The position numbers were made by a program, and so were the translations under genes. The notes under the pieces are model-generated. The model ran no database searches, had not been told where the DNA came from, and worked only from the letters and a program-made list of their open reading frames with translations. DNA of 62,836 nt, filler included, from Basidiobolus ranarum (lineage: Eukaryota), in the NCBI GenBank assembly GCA_040143965.1. It is 29 parts of 29 records of this genome, joined end to end, with 100 filler letters (N's around TTAATTAATTAA, not from the genome) between each part and the next. Parts side by side here need not be neighbours in the genome. Positions count along the whole stretch, not along the records: positions 13,056 to 15,129 come from JASJQH010003821.1; positions 15,230 to 17,303 come from JASJQH010003822.1; positions 17,404 to 19,476 come from JASJQH010003823.1; positions 19,577 to 21,648 come from JASJQH010003824.1; positions 21,749 to 23,820 come from JASJQH010003825.1; positions 23,921 to 25,991 come from JASJQH010003826.1; positions 26,092 to 28,162 come from JASJQH010003827.1; 22 more parts are not named here. The stretch is one strand, 5' to 3'. Of the stretch, positions 13,090 through 26,559 are shown one piece after another; position 1 is the first letter of the stretch, and each line of letters starts with the position of its first letter.

Positions 13090-13950
13090 GATAAGAAAAG
13101 AGTTTGAAGCAAAGTTGCTTCTAAGAAAATATCAAGGAGACAACAAAAATAACAGAAGTAAACAAGCATGTACTGCTTCAAATATGGGCAACTGCTGAAT
13201 GCTCTTGTTATTACTTACACTATCCTATCTTTACTGTGGAGCACAGCATGCAAAATTGATACAGATTGTAGTTAAATATAGCATAAATTGCTCTAGTTGG
13301 ATCACAGTTGCTTATGTCTTTATGAAACACTGATAGTGTGAAATTGGAGTATATCAAAAAAATCAATGATGGCCTACTAATACAAGCAGTTTCACTATAA
13401 TTAAATGAAAAATGTCTGTCAATAAAAAGCTTGTGCAGCCATATTGGCTCAACATGACTCAATCCATTCACATTCTCACCCAATTAGAAGCTTACATGAT
13501 TGAATGAATAATTTGCTGATCTAAAAATGATGAATCAAGCAATACTGCTCATAACTATCATACTGCAGATTGATCCATCATTGAGTGCTATGATTTGTCA
13601 CCAGTGTGCCAAAGCTACTGGTGTTTCATCATGCTGGAGTTGTTGGGCCCACTTGAAAATCAGGAAATTGTGTTGGGGAGGGACAAATGATTGGCCTAAA
13701 AACATGTGAATGTCTTGGTTATAAATTTGATTGGGTAAGTAACAGTAAAAATAGCTTATTGTTACACATTCAGTACTTGGTGAGTTACAAACTAGGGGAT
13801 GAACTTGCCTTGTTGGTTAGCCAAAATCTTAATTTAGCAATAGTGAATAGGGTAACTTGGTACAGGCTGGCACAATATCTCCAAAAAAATCATCACGTTC
13901 AATTGTGGTGGGACAGTGCCATATTGTTCCTTATAGTGTCCAATCAAGTT
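13090..13950. repeat. Unclassified interspersed repeat; second copy at about 27240-28090
   Basis: Two colinear, diverged, CpG-depleted copies in different contigs with stop-ridden coding-like frames. Confidence 0.75.
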
Positions 13951-15229
13951 TTATAGCACCTTACCATGGTACCTGACAGATCATGCCAGATGTTGTGATT
14001 GCAAGCAGGATTGAGCAGCTCAATCTGACCTGGTCCAATTGAACAAGTCTATTACCAGCCTGATCTTGGATCAACACTAGAATGCTGTACAGGAGTTGTA
14101 TATTGTATGAAACAAATTGACAACAACCCTTGCCAACATGGATCAATAGAAGTGTTTACTGGACTTGGAAATGATTTGGACCAGATTTGAATTTGTCAAT
14201 TAGTGACTTGGTAATTGTTGAACCAAAAATGTCCTATTCATAGTTTGCTATGAAATTGAACTATCAAATGTTTTTAGATCATAACAAACATACTTGTAAA
14301 GCATGGTTGAAAACTTGAGGTGATTTGCACAAGATTTCAGAAAATAGTAAAAATTGGTAAATTCATTCAAACTGGTATACCATTGATTTGAGCAATAAAC
14401 ACATGTGTTTTGAATATTTATGAATTGAGTGCCAAATAACTAAACTTAAACAAACTTACCACTAACCAATGAATTGCCAATTCTCTAACTTCTCCATGGA
14501 TCTCCACCTGTAGATCATTTATGACTTAGTTATTGTGACTCTGACTTGGCTGAATATTAGGATAAAAAAGATTTTACCAACAGCTATATCTTTGTCATAG
14601 AAGAAGGAGCTGGATCCAGCAATACTAAGAAGCAAATGACTAAAGCTTTGTTAGCTATTGAAGCATAGTATATGCTTGTAACTTAAGCAAGAAGAGAAGC
14701 CATAGGGTAAGGAGCTAATATATCTTGCTAACCATGGTAGCATAAGAATTAGTTTAGTTGAGCTTTATTAAGTATTATTAGGTTTTCAGCAATATGTAAG
14801 TCAATAGTTACCTACATATCAAATACTAGCCAAACATTATTCTGTTGAAATAGTGTGAATTGCAACTCATTAATATTTGGTAGTTTTTTCATATTCTGGC
14901 TATTCAGCACTGAATTCTGTCATTCAAAAATCATATGTTTATTGCTCTAATTGACATAAATGTTTATTAGATCACTTTTACTAATTTTGACTATTTTCTA
15001 AAAACATCTCTATGAATGCTAATCTTTTTCAAAACACTTCCAAATCCCCCAAACACTATTATTTGGTTACAAGTCTTGAGGCTGCTGTAGTTGTTTTAGG
15101 GTGTAAGCAGCAACTATAACTGTAATATCNNNNNNNNNNNNNNNNNNNNNNNNNNNNNNNNNNNNNNNNNNNNTTAATTAATTAANNNNNNNNNNNNNNN
15201 NNNNNNNNNNNNNNNNNNNNNNNNNNNNN

Positions 15230-17303
15230 GATTTAGTGAGAGTGCAAAGATTTTGTAATTGGATATGAAAAACTTTATCACAGGTTTAAAGAACATAGAC
15301 TGAATCTATGCCTGTATTCAATACATTCCTGGCAGTATCTTTCACAAAGCTTGGAGATCATACACCCTTGCTATACAATCTGGGAGTCACAATGAAGCAC
15401 ACCTGTGATGTAATGATGCTCTGCATGAAGTTGTCAATATTACCATGTGCTAATCTGGTTAACAAGGTATCAGCAAAATCAGTGATTGATGTAATGCAAT
15501 GGGTTAAGGAGACTCCACATTATGCTTACCTGCCAACAAAGGGCTCTTTTCAATGTGCTCACAGGTTTTAGCATTTTGTGAGCACACTAACAGCAGCATA
15601 CCTAATCCATGGACTCAGAGTAAGTTTCTGCATGGTTTAAATAAATTTGCTTGTGTGATAATATGATGATATTTCTAATAAAGCTGCAAGACAGACTTCT
15701 TGGTGAGATAGATCAAGATACACATTATCATTGTTATAGACACAGGGTAATCTATTCAAGTAATGACATATCTACTTGTGGCTGGAAATTTGTTGACTGC
15801 AATTTAGGGATATTTTTGCTGAATTCTTTGTAGAAATTTGCCAAAATCCAGAAGCTTATTCTGAGAGTAAATATCTCTATGATTTGCATGATTTGGTTCC
15901 TGTGATAATGTGATGGGATTTCTGGGAAAGCTGCAAGACCAACTTCTTGGTGAAATAGATTGGGATATGGAACATTATTGTTTTAGCCCTGGGGTAGTGC
16001 ATACCAGCAATGACACTTCCACTTGTGGTAAGACATTTGTTTAGTGCCAATTGGGGATATTTTAGCAAAATTATTTGCAGCAATTTACCTTAATCCAAGA
16101 GCTTATTCTATTTGTGAGCAGTAACAAGAGTCAACTATATTCCAAGTTTTGGTGCTATTATAAATTTCAGATGTTCAGCAATACTCCCATCATTAGTTGG
16201 CAGGCAAAGCATGCTGATCTCTCCAACAAAAATAAAATTGATTTGATCCAGATTGGATCCACCCTACTAAAGCACAAAACTGTCAGAGAACCATCACAAT
16301 ATTGGTGGCTTGCATTCTGCCAGGGATTTTGATGGTATGATAGTGGTTACTTGATGGTATCTTGATGGTATTGATACATGATAAAATGTTGAACCTCATA
16401 TATGACATGCATTATTAATTACCAGTAATTTTCACAAAAAAAAATTTTCAATGGCAAATTACTGGGTTTACTACTCTAGGAATTTGAATTAATATGCGCG
16501 CCTTTATTTAGATATTTTTGACTTTGTATTCCTGCCATAATGAGAATCAAAAAACATTGGAATCTCTTTGTGTTCAGTCTCTACATATGCACATACTTGC
16601 CTGATCAGACATAACTCAACAACATGAATATGCTATACAAGTAAACTAATGGTGTAAAAATTGCTAAATATCTGAAATTTTGAATAGCACTAACAATTGG
16701 GGAAATGGCTGACTCTTATTACCATTCACAGTGAGAATAAGTTCTGGGATTTTGGCAAATTTCTGTAAAGAATTCAGCCCCCTGACAAAAATAAACTCAA
16801 TTTGAACTGGATTGGATCCACCCTCCAAAATAGCAAAACTGTCAGAGAATCAACACACTATTGGTGGCTTGCATTCTGCCAGGAATTTTGATGGTTTGAT
16901 GGTGGTTTCTTGAGAGTATTTTGATGGTACTCATACATGTTAAAATAATGATCCTCAAATTTGGCATTTGTTATTCAATATCTGGCAATTTTTGCAAAAA
17001 TTTAATTTTCAAATGGCAAATTACTTGGTTTACTGCTGTAGGAATTAGAATTAATATCAACGCCTTTATTTGGATATTTTAGGCTTTGTATTCCAGCCAT
17101 AATCAAAATCAAAAAATAAAAGAATCTTGTTGTGTTTAGTCTCTACATATGCACATAATTGACTGATTAGACATAACTCAACAACATCAATATGCTTAAC
17201 CAGCAAACTGAAAGTTGAAAAATTGCTAAGCACCTGAAATTTTGAAAAGCACTCACACTTTGCAAATAGCTGACTCTTGTTACCATTCACAATGAGAATA
17301 AGC
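15230..17303. mobile_element. Nest of CACTA 3' fragments in both orientations, with termini at 16221 and 16780
   Basis: Repeated KLQDRLLGEIDQDT and LLVKHIDVVELCLISQ frames; CTCCAACAAAAAT and CCCTGACAAAAAT ends. Confidence 0.88.
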
Positions 17304-17759
17304 NNNNNNNNNNNNNNNNNNNNNNNNNNNNNNNNNNNNNNNNNNNNTTAATTAATTAANNNNNNNNNNNNNNNNNNNNNNNNNNNNNNNNNNNNNNNNN
17401 NNNATCTATATGGAATAACCAGATGAATTTGTTACCCCAAAACATCCTGCTATGGTCAGTAAACTGCAAAAATTGCTGTATGGACTCAAGCAAGCACCCA
17501 GGGCATGGTGCAACAAGATAGATACCTATTTGGAATCAATGGAGTTCCAAAAATGCACAGCAGATCACAGTACTAACATCATAACAACCGGAAATAGGAT
17601 CTCATCTTGGCACTACATGTGGATAGCTTGATCATAGCTACAAATGATCTAGAAGCTGTTAATCAAACAAAAAGCAACTTATCAAGCCAATTCCATATGA
17701 TTGATATGGGTGAATTGTTATTTTCTTGATATCCAAATCAAGAGAGATAAACCCAATTT

Positions 17760-18714
17760 TATCAAATACTTGATGTCAATCAATCCAGTACCACATATAT
17801 GAACATCACCACAACAATCTAGTGGAGCAGAATATGTGTTGGAACATCAAGCCTATACAGCAACCTAAAACTGCAGGGCATGTGAAAGTAGAAATATAAT
17901 AGGAAACCATCAAATTTAAAGTCAAAAGTTGGGCTTTATTTAATACCTGGAACCCTTCAACAAGCCAAAACATCAGGAAATAAAACTCATGGCTGTCCAA
18001 CCTCAGCTGGTATCTTTCAAAGTGTCAAAATTATCCTCAAACTCAAAGGCAAGCAAAAAGTCACCCAAACACTGCAAAACACACCAAGTAGTGTCACACT
18101 ACAAGGATGTAAAATATTTATAAAAGTGTGGGAAGAGTATTTTCTAGAGTATGAAGGCGGAAATAATGGTGCAAGTATGCAGCAAGTGGATTCTGAAAGG
18201 AATGTTTAACTTGACATTTAGTCTTGTGTTGACTATGCATATATCAGGGAAGAACTTATTAGAGAGTGCCACAATGTTACAGGATATCTGACCAATTGCT
18301 GGAAGAATGTTGATTCAGCAATGCTAATACAATAGGGGGCTCTGTTGCACAAACTGATAAAAACTTGTGTTGGATATGAGCTAAATCTTGGTTGTGAAGT
18401 ACTTTATAACAATATTCCGGAAAATATATCAAAGAATCTAGAGATTTCAAAGGTGGCAAATGAGCAATCAAGTAGTAAATATGTAAAGTTTGGGTTATAT
18501 GTTTCATATATGTGTTGATCCAAAGTTTTCTGATATTGAAGCTAATCATGTGCCACAATTTTGCAAGATCTTAATATTTCATGCTGGAATATGAAAGATT
18601 GATTAAAAGCAAGTCTAACTTGATGATTTTATATGGTAAGTAAGCAGTCAGCCCAAAATGGATTAAAATTGTGATTGTTTTGTTACAATAACAGTGCTCA
18701 AATTTCTGTCAGGG
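17760..18714 (+). mobile_element. CACTA opposite (5') terminus with degenerate accessory ORF
   Basis: Ends ...ATTTCTGTCAGGG (reverse complement CCCTGACAGAAAT); homologous to 32603-33512 and 59351-59960. Confidence 0.75.
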
Positions 18715-19576
18715 TAATAGAAACACACGTATGGATACTGGACTTCATTTTATTAGAACCACTATGAAGAATAAGTTTATTGACTTGATTTATTTCTCTA
18801 CACAAGAAATGATTGCTGATACATTAACCAAATCATTAGCTAGACAGAAGTTTAATGAATTGAGACCTTCCTCAAGATTGGCTTATATGTCTATTTAGTT
18901 GAGGCAGAGTGTTGAAATTAGCATTGCCAAAGTACTCATATAGTCATATATTTTTTAGTACTTAGCTATCATTTATTTTGCTGAGATATTGCCATTATGC
19001 TCAATTAGAATAAACTTGGATTTTTTTACCAACTTAGAAGTTCTCAGATGTATAGATTCTTCAAACTTGTGTTAGAAGCCCCAAACTTTGCATTCATATT
19101 CCTGGGACCATTTTAAGCATATTTTGCATACAAGTTTACCTATATCTTAAGTTTTTGGGGTTTTCTCTGTCCACAAATTGATCTGGTGGGTCCATATAAA
19201 TCTTCTCAGCAAACTCACCAATCCAAAAAGCAGCTTAAACAGCCATTTTGTATATATATACAGATATTTAGCTGCAATTGCTGATATCAATGCAATTAAA
19301 TTGAACTTTGCTACAGAAGTAAAAGTTTCTGAATACTCTGTTCATGGTACTTGCAAATTGCCTTTAGCTTCTAGTGTAGCCTTGTACCTTTCTAAATTGC
19401 TATCCGTGTTGTATTTCACTTTAAACCCTCTTTGGCAGCTCCTTCATTGACTAACACCACACAAGTTGGTAAAAATNNNNNNNNNNNNNNNNNNNNNNNN
19501 NNNNNNNNNNNNNNNNNNNNTTAATTAATTAANNNNNNNNNNNNNNNNNNNNNNNNNNNNNNNNNNNNNNNNNNNN

Positions 19577-21259
19577 GCAGTAGCAGCAAAATACAGCTTA
19601 AAAATCCATCAAATGGATGTTACAACTGCTTTTTTGAATGGGGACTTGGAAGAGGATATATTCATGGATCAACCAGATGGTTTTGTGAATCCTGAGCAAC
19701 CTGAGGATGTGTGTAAACTTCAAAAATTACTTTATGGATTTAGACAATCACCCAGGGCCTGATACACTAAGATAGACCCATACTTGGAATCACTTAATTT
19801 CCAAAAGAGTAAGGCAAAATTTGTGATCTACTTTAAGACAGATAAGGACAGTAAGGTGATACTTGCCTTATATATTGATGATCTGAGTATAGCTAGCAAT
19901 AATGATGAAATTCTCAGGAACACCAAAAGAGATCTATTAGTCCAATTCAAGATGACCTATTTATGTGCACTTATGTATTTTTTAGGCCTACAGATTCATG
20001 CAGAAATATTGAGCAAATCTATTACTCTGAATCAATCTAAATACATCTAGACATTCTCAGATATTACAGGATGGAGAATTGTAACCTGGCAGCAACCCCT
20101 ATGAATCCAGGTGCAAAACAAGTCACAAATCCCATCAAAAATGGTGAAAATCAGCCAAAAATGGATCAGAATAGGTCACTTCTAAGCCCTGAGTTCCCTT
20201 ATCAATTTATGGTAGGTAATTGAATCTATGCTATGACTGGAACCCAGCCAGTGGTCTCTTTTGCAGTGGGGGTTGTCAGCCAACATGTGCAAAACCCAGG
20301 ATCTGAGCATTATGCTGCAGTTAAGCAGATTTTCAGATATTGGAAGGGTCAATTTATCTGGGATTAAGATAAACATATTCTCATGAGAATAAGGATCTAA
20401 TTGGGTTTAGTGATGCAGATTGGGGACATGATATTGAGGACAGAGGTACTATCATCGGATACACCTTTCTCTATAGTCAAGCAGCCATATCTTGGAATAG
20501 CAAGCAACAACCCACCATAGCACTTTCAACAACTGAAGCAGAGTACAAGGCAGCATCAAATACAACAAGGGAGGCTATGTGGTAAAGGAAACTGCTCAAA
20601 GACTTGGGCATTTTTCAAAGTTCACCCACCATATTTTTCAAGGTTAGTCAAAGTTGCATTTCTTTAGCTAAAAATTCCCAATTTCATGCTAGAAGTAAGC
20701 ACATTGACATTCAACATCACTTTGCTAGGGAAGTTATTGAGAATAAGCACATCAAATTACAGTACTGTCCAACTGAGAACATAATTGCTGACATCCTTAC
20801 CAAACCATTACCTAAGCCAAAATTTGAAGAATTAAGATATAAGTTAGGATTAAGATATATGAATATATAGTTGAGTGGGAGTGTTGAAGTTGATTGTCTT
20901 TATCATATTTGTTATCTCAATCTCTATACACATAACTATTTCATATATCACATATAAGTTTGCTAACATTACTTAGTCAAATATCACTTAGCTAAAAATC
21001 AGAACATATATTTTATATACATGTGAATAATGTGAGAACTAGCAATCCCATATTGAAAATTTCAAGCTTGACTAAATTGCCCCAAAGATATCTCATTTAA
21101 CTCCCACAGATGTTCTGAACACAACCCCAGTGTAAGCTTTCTGTATTTCCACCAAAATGTATAAATGCTCTATTTCTGGACCATAAATAATTATCTCACA
21201 AAGCTATTCACAACTCCACTTTTCTAGAAATCCTCCAAACCACCCATTTTTTCCCAATA
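19577..21259 (+). mobile_element. Copia family A RT-RNase H, PPT and complete 3' LTR (20882-21259)
   Basis: HQMDVTTAFLNGDLEEDIFMDQPDG, LYIDDL, FHARSKHIDIQHHF, ADILTKPL; PPT followed by TGTTGAAG...CCCAATA. Confidence 0.95.
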
Positions 21260-21648
21260 AAATGGAGACAATTCTTACCATAATTAATGGTCTCCCTGAA
21301 TCATATTCAACCCTTGCACTCACTTTAGAAGCAATTGGAGAAAAGCTTACTCAGCATCATCTGATCACTTGTCTATTTCAAGAAGAATTTAAAAGCAAAG
21401 ACAAAAGTCAGCTTGCAGATGAGACAAAACTACACAAGCATTTTATTCTCAATATAGCCAACCACAAAGGAGCACTGTGAAATGTTACAAATATTGAAAA
21501 CTGGCACATATAGCATGTTATTGAAGATCAAAGAAGAAATGGGTTTCCAAGAAGATAGAAGCATATAACACCACTAAAAGAGGAAATGAACACTATGTAC
21601 TTATGGCAACCTCTAAATCAGGAAATGACTCTGCTGATGTATGGATTC
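21260..21648 (+). mobile_element. Degenerate copia gag fragment; a related piece lies at about 58730-59350 on the minus strand
   Basis: ILTIINGLPESYSTLALTLE..LFQEEFK. Confidence 0.7.
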
Positions 21649-21748
21649 NNNNNNNNNNNNNNNNNNNNNNNNNNNNNNNNNNNNNNNNNNNNTTAATTAA
21701 TTAANNNNNNNNNNNNNNNNNNNNNNNNNNNNNNNNNNNNNNNNNNNN

Positions 21749-21913
21749 AATACCCTTTTCTTGTTGCAATTTCCAGTGACCGACACGGATGTCTTTGGCA
21801 CCCTGAAGCAAAGCCTCTTGGGTAACCTTACCAGCCCAATAGGACTCGATAAGCTTTTTAAGCTCACGGTTAGCGCCAACACGAGGGAATCCTAAATTTG
21901 AGGAGTATACCAT
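21749..21913 (-). CDS. MET6: Cobalamin-independent methionine synthase (MetE/Met6), first 55 codons, copy 1
   Basis: [29 protein letters not shown]...[10 protein letters not shown] matches the conserved MetE/Met6 N-terminus. Confidence 0.96.
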
Positions 21914-23655
21914 TATTACTACTTGTGTCTAGATGTATTGCAGACTGTATTGTTCGGTGATGATAATTATGGGCCACAAAGAGTTTATATACAAACGGGA
22001 GTCTCAGTGACGTTTAACGCACTTGTGACTAATAGTTATTACTTTCCCTATATGGACTGCTCCATGCAAATTTACTTTTTATTGCTAGATGAAATTGGCT
22101 TGTGTTCAAATGAACACTATGTTTAAGCGGGAGACCTTTTCGGGATGGTGTTATTCAATATTCTACAAAACTCAAATTGTACTTGCGGTTTATCTTACTT
22201 TTATGCCATACGTTTTTTGCCACGCATTGTACTAGCTGTCTGTTGTTAGCCTAAGCTCCTAACAAAAACTAAACCGTTTATTTTTGGATACTGAGCCACA
22301 AAACTTCGTTGTTAAACATGGCCATTCAATATTGCTCCTATGACTCAACATGCTTTTTCATGATTGCCGTCCAGAGTGAAGATAGACCTCCAGTTAAGTT
22401 CTTTGGTCCATTTATTCCAATCTTCACACCAGTGGAATATGTGTCTCAATGGACTAATATGGAAATTCCAATTTATCATATTTACCGGGTAATATACCAG
22501 TCATTCCTATACAGTGTTGTTCAGCTCCCTCTCTTTTTGCATTCGCATTGGCCCTAAATGCTTGTGTTTTCTGAATGGTTATGTATTAGTGGAGCTGGAT
22601 TTACGAGTTCTTGCGTCTTCATGAGACTGCATCTGCATATTACTACGTCTTAATGGGAGTGAATCTACAACCAGCAAGAGCCGTTAGATGACACCTTGGA
22701 TAAAAAGCATCATTGGCCATTGAACGAAATACAATTATCACGGTGATTCAAATGCACGTGAAGGTTCTAACTTGGCTTCGCGACCAATGCCCTTTGAACA
22801 GATGTCTGTGTTTACTTGTAATCTTGATAAGCATTAGGAGATAGCTCTAAGATTGTCGTCTAACATCAACGATCAAGATCGATCAATCGACTTACTTGGT
22901 ATCTATTCATCTGTTCCACCCACATTACCAATTCCATATTCCACCACTCAATTGAATTCCAAAATGGAATCCAATATTCCACATTTGTGTGTAACATGTC
23001 ATTTCAAGACAGTACTATCAACGTCAGGGTAGAGCACGTAATACGCATTTTTAGGTATCTAAGACTCCATCTCACTAAGCAACCGAGAATGTTCTTCCCG
23101 CTAACTGTAATGCCGTTAAGTTAGGCTCAACCACTCCACACTATGCCCGCCTGACAACTTAGAGTTATAAAATGCTACATGTCGAGTTGTATATATATGT
23201 CCCTTAAACCATGCATATGCTGGTATGAAGATAATCAAGGGATTTCCAATAATCTGCCGATTATACCATCAGTTACATTTTCACACAGCCGAATCATCTT
23301 AGGTCCGAGCATTGTACTAATGCTGAGCCATCGGTTTTCGACAACCAAGCAATCTTGCGTGATTGATCTACATCTCGAAAGTAATGCCTCTTAATATTAG
23401 ATTAGTCAACACTAAAAAGCCCCCTAAAACTTCCAGCATTTAGATTATAATCAATGTTACTTTTATAGTATATCGATATAGCCATTTAAACTGAGAGTAT
23501 TACGGAGTGACCAGTTATTCCAAAAGGAGCGTATAACGCAATTGACTCAACAGGGTACAGATTGCAACTACGGAATTATATATAAACTGAGTGATGCCCT
23601 TCCAAATTATCACCGAACATCGTTCTATCTCTCATTCGATATTTTAAAAGCAAAG
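21914..23655. promoter_or_regulatory. Shared divergent promoter region of the two MET6 copies
   Basis: TATATAAACT at 21982-21991 (-) and 23579-23588 (+); ATCACCGAACA at 21951-21961 (-) and 23609-23619 (+); TGACTCA at 22341 and 23543; TGACTAA at 22026; CACGTGA at 22755. Confidence 0.65.
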
Positions 23656-23820
23656 ATGGTGTACTCTTCTAATTTAGGATTCCCTCGTGTTGGCGCTAAC
23701 CGTGAGCTTAAAAAGCTTATCGAGTCCTATTGGGCTGGTAAGGTTACCCAAGAGGCTTTGCTTCAGGGTGCCAAAGATATCCGTGTCAGTCACTGGAAGT
23801 TGCAACAAGAGAAGGGTATC
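23656..23820 (+). CDS. MET6: Cobalamin-independent methionine synthase (MetE/Met6), first 55 codons, copy 2
   Basis: Same N-terminus as copy 1 (54 of 55 residues identical). The ATG at 23656 aligns with copy 1. Confidence 0.96.
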
Positions 23821-24908
23821 NNNNNNNNNNNNNNNNNNNNNNNNNNNNNNNNNNNNNNNNNNNNTTAATTAATTAANNNNNNNNNNNNNNNNNNNNNNNN
23901 NNNNNNNNNNNNNNNNNNNNGTTACCATACTTTGTTATAGAGCCCTCAACAAAGCAGGACTCAAGGTAGGTCAAAATTAGTACATATTGGTCATGACTTT
24001 CCAACATATATTCAAACAGAGCAAATATCTCACTTGGTAGTACTTATTACTCTTATCATGGTAACAGAGCCGGCAAATAGTCTTCTCCTTGTTTTGAAGG
24101 TATTGGAAACTGTTGTTAATCACTAGAGTGAGCTCTTCACCATTGAATTTCTTGTGATTGAACTCCTCACCCTTGCTGGCTTAGATGTAGATTAAGTCCT
24201 CATCACCTTGAGTCATATTCACAGTTGGTACATGTGGATATGAGATGTATACATAAGAGAAAATATGATCCTAGCCCTATATTGGTGTTGGCTGTTTGCT
24301 TAGGTACATCTGGGCCAGGGTTAGTATATCCCAAATGTAAGTTGCAACTACAATATGGATTACATAGTTCTGCCTGATTACTGGAACAAGTTGAAATGAC
24401 ATACACCTTAGTTTAATTTCACAATCAATTATTTGATTTATAGCACCATCCTATATAGTGAAAACTAACCTGAGCAAATCCAATATAGTGGGCCCCAAGT
24501 AAGAATGGAAATTGCTGAGATCTACAGTGTCACTTAGCCCAACCCTACATAATGTGCCCTACCCAATGATGCATATTGCAACTATTTATAGCTCAACATA
24601 TGCCAAGTGACATAAATAAATCATGTGTTATATTAAATACTTTGTAGTTGGACTAGTTATATGTGTAAATAACAATCTATTTACATGGAATTAGGTGTGT
24701 ATACATATCCCTGAACATGGGATCAGCAAGTGTATGCAACTGCACCACTAAGGAACTATAACATTTACAGGCTGTGGCATGATGTCAATCTTTCAGAGAA
24801 AGTATGTAAATGTCTGCAAGCTGGTACCATGAGTATATATATGAAAGCAGTTGGTCAGTAAGTGATCATCACCATTCTGAGTTCACTTAGGTATTGCAAA
24901 GACACTCA

Positions 24909-25991
24909 CCCTGACAAAAACAAAATCAATTTGATCAGGATCAGATCCACCCTTTGAAATTGCAAAACTGTCAGAGAACCGTCACATTTTCAGTGGCTTG
25001 CATTCTGCCAGGGATTTTGATGGTGTGATGGCAGTTTCTTGATGGCATTTTGATGGTATTTATATATGTTAAAATATTGATCCTCATATTTGGCATACAT
25101 TATCAATTTCCAGCAATTTTTGCAAAAATATTATCTTTGAATGGCAAATTACTGGGTTTACTGCTATAGGAATGCAAATTAATATGCATGTCTTTATTTA
25201 GATATTTTTGGCTCTGTATTCCAGCCATAATGAGAATCAAAAAATAAAAGAATCTTGTTGTATTTAGTCTCTACATATACACATACTTGACTGATCAGAC
25301 ATAACTCAACAACATTAATATGCTTTACCAGCAAACTAATGGTGGAAAAAGTGCAAAACATCTGAAATTTTGGATAGCACTGACACTTGGCAAATAGCTA
25401 ACTCTTGTTACCAATCACCAGGAGAATAAGCTCTTGGGTTTTGGCAAATTATGGTAAAGAATTCAGCCAATATATCCCCAACTTGCAGTCAACAAATGGC
25501 CTGCCACAAGTAGATGTGTCATTGCCTGAATAGATTGCCCCATGGCTAAAACAATAATACTGCGTATCTTGATCTATCTCACCAATAAGTCTGTCTTTCA
25601 GCATTCCTACACATAATGTCAGATTATTACACAAAAAAATTAGTCCAAATTATAGAGGTACTTACTCTGTGTCCATGGATTGGGCTTTGTTGCTGTGATT
25701 GTGCTCAAACAATGCAAAAACCCATGAGCACATTGAAAACAGCCCTTTGTTGGAAAGTTAATATACTCAGGAGTCTCCTTAACCCAACACGTTATATCTA
25801 TCACTGATTTTGCTGACATATTGTTAATCAGATTAGCATACAGTAATACTGACAATTTCACATGCAGCATCATTTCACCACAGGTGCACTCCATTGGGAA
25901 CTCCCAGAATGTATAGCAAGGGCCTATAATCTCTAAGCACTGTGAAAGATGCAGCAGGGAATGTATTGAATACCAGCATAGATTCAGTCTA
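24909..25991 (-). mobile_element. CACTA 3' end and degenerate transposase C-terminus
   Basis: CCCTGACAAAAAC terminus; MECTCGEMMLHVK..YANL. Confidence 0.88.
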
Positions 25992-26091
25992 NNNNNNNNN
26001 NNNNNNNNNNNNNNNNNNNNNNNNNNNNNNNNNNNTTAATTAATTAANNNNNNNNNNNNNNNNNNNNNNNNNNNNNNNNNNNNNNNNNNNN

Positions 26092-26542
26092 TTTAGCAAT
26101 TTTTCCACCATTAGTTTGCTGGTAAAGCATATTGATGTTGTTGAGTTATGTCTATTCAGTCAAGTATGTGCATATATAGAGACTAAACACAACAAGATTC
26201 TTGTATTTTTTGATTATCATTATGGCTGGAATACAAAGCCCAAAATATCTAAATAAAGGCATGCATATTAATTCAAATTCCTACAGCAGTAAACCCAGTA
26301 ATTTGCCATTTGAAAATTATATTTTTGCAAGAATTGCTGGTTATTCAATAACGCATGCCAAATTTGAGGATCAATATTTTAACATGTATGAATACCGTTA
26401 AGATACCGTCAAGAAACCGCCGTCACACCATCAAAATCCCTGGCAGAATGCAAGCCAGCAATATTGTGACAGTTCTCTGACGGTTTTGCTATTTTGGAGG
26501 GTGGATCCGATCCGGATGAAATTGATTTTATTTTTGTTAGGG
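26092..26542 (+). mobile_element. CACTA 3' end, CpG-retaining and probably young copy
   Basis: Ends ATTTTTGTTAGGG; keeps CG dinucleotides that are TG or CA in other copies. Confidence 0.88.
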
Positions 26543-26559
26543 AATAGTGAAGCTCTTAC

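Noticed and set aside
23542..23655. 38-aa N-terminal extension on MET6 copy 2
   Set aside because: It starts at TTG, spans the TATA box and is absent from copy 1.
21914..23655. Cobalamin or SAM riboswitch between the MET6 genes
   Set aside because: No recognisable B12-box or SAM consensus by eye; an Rfam/Infernal scan would settle it.
23921..24908. CpG-poor unassigned sequence (similar case at about 37950-39009)
   Set aside because: Probably decayed transposon DNA, but there is no motif or second copy in the window to support a call.
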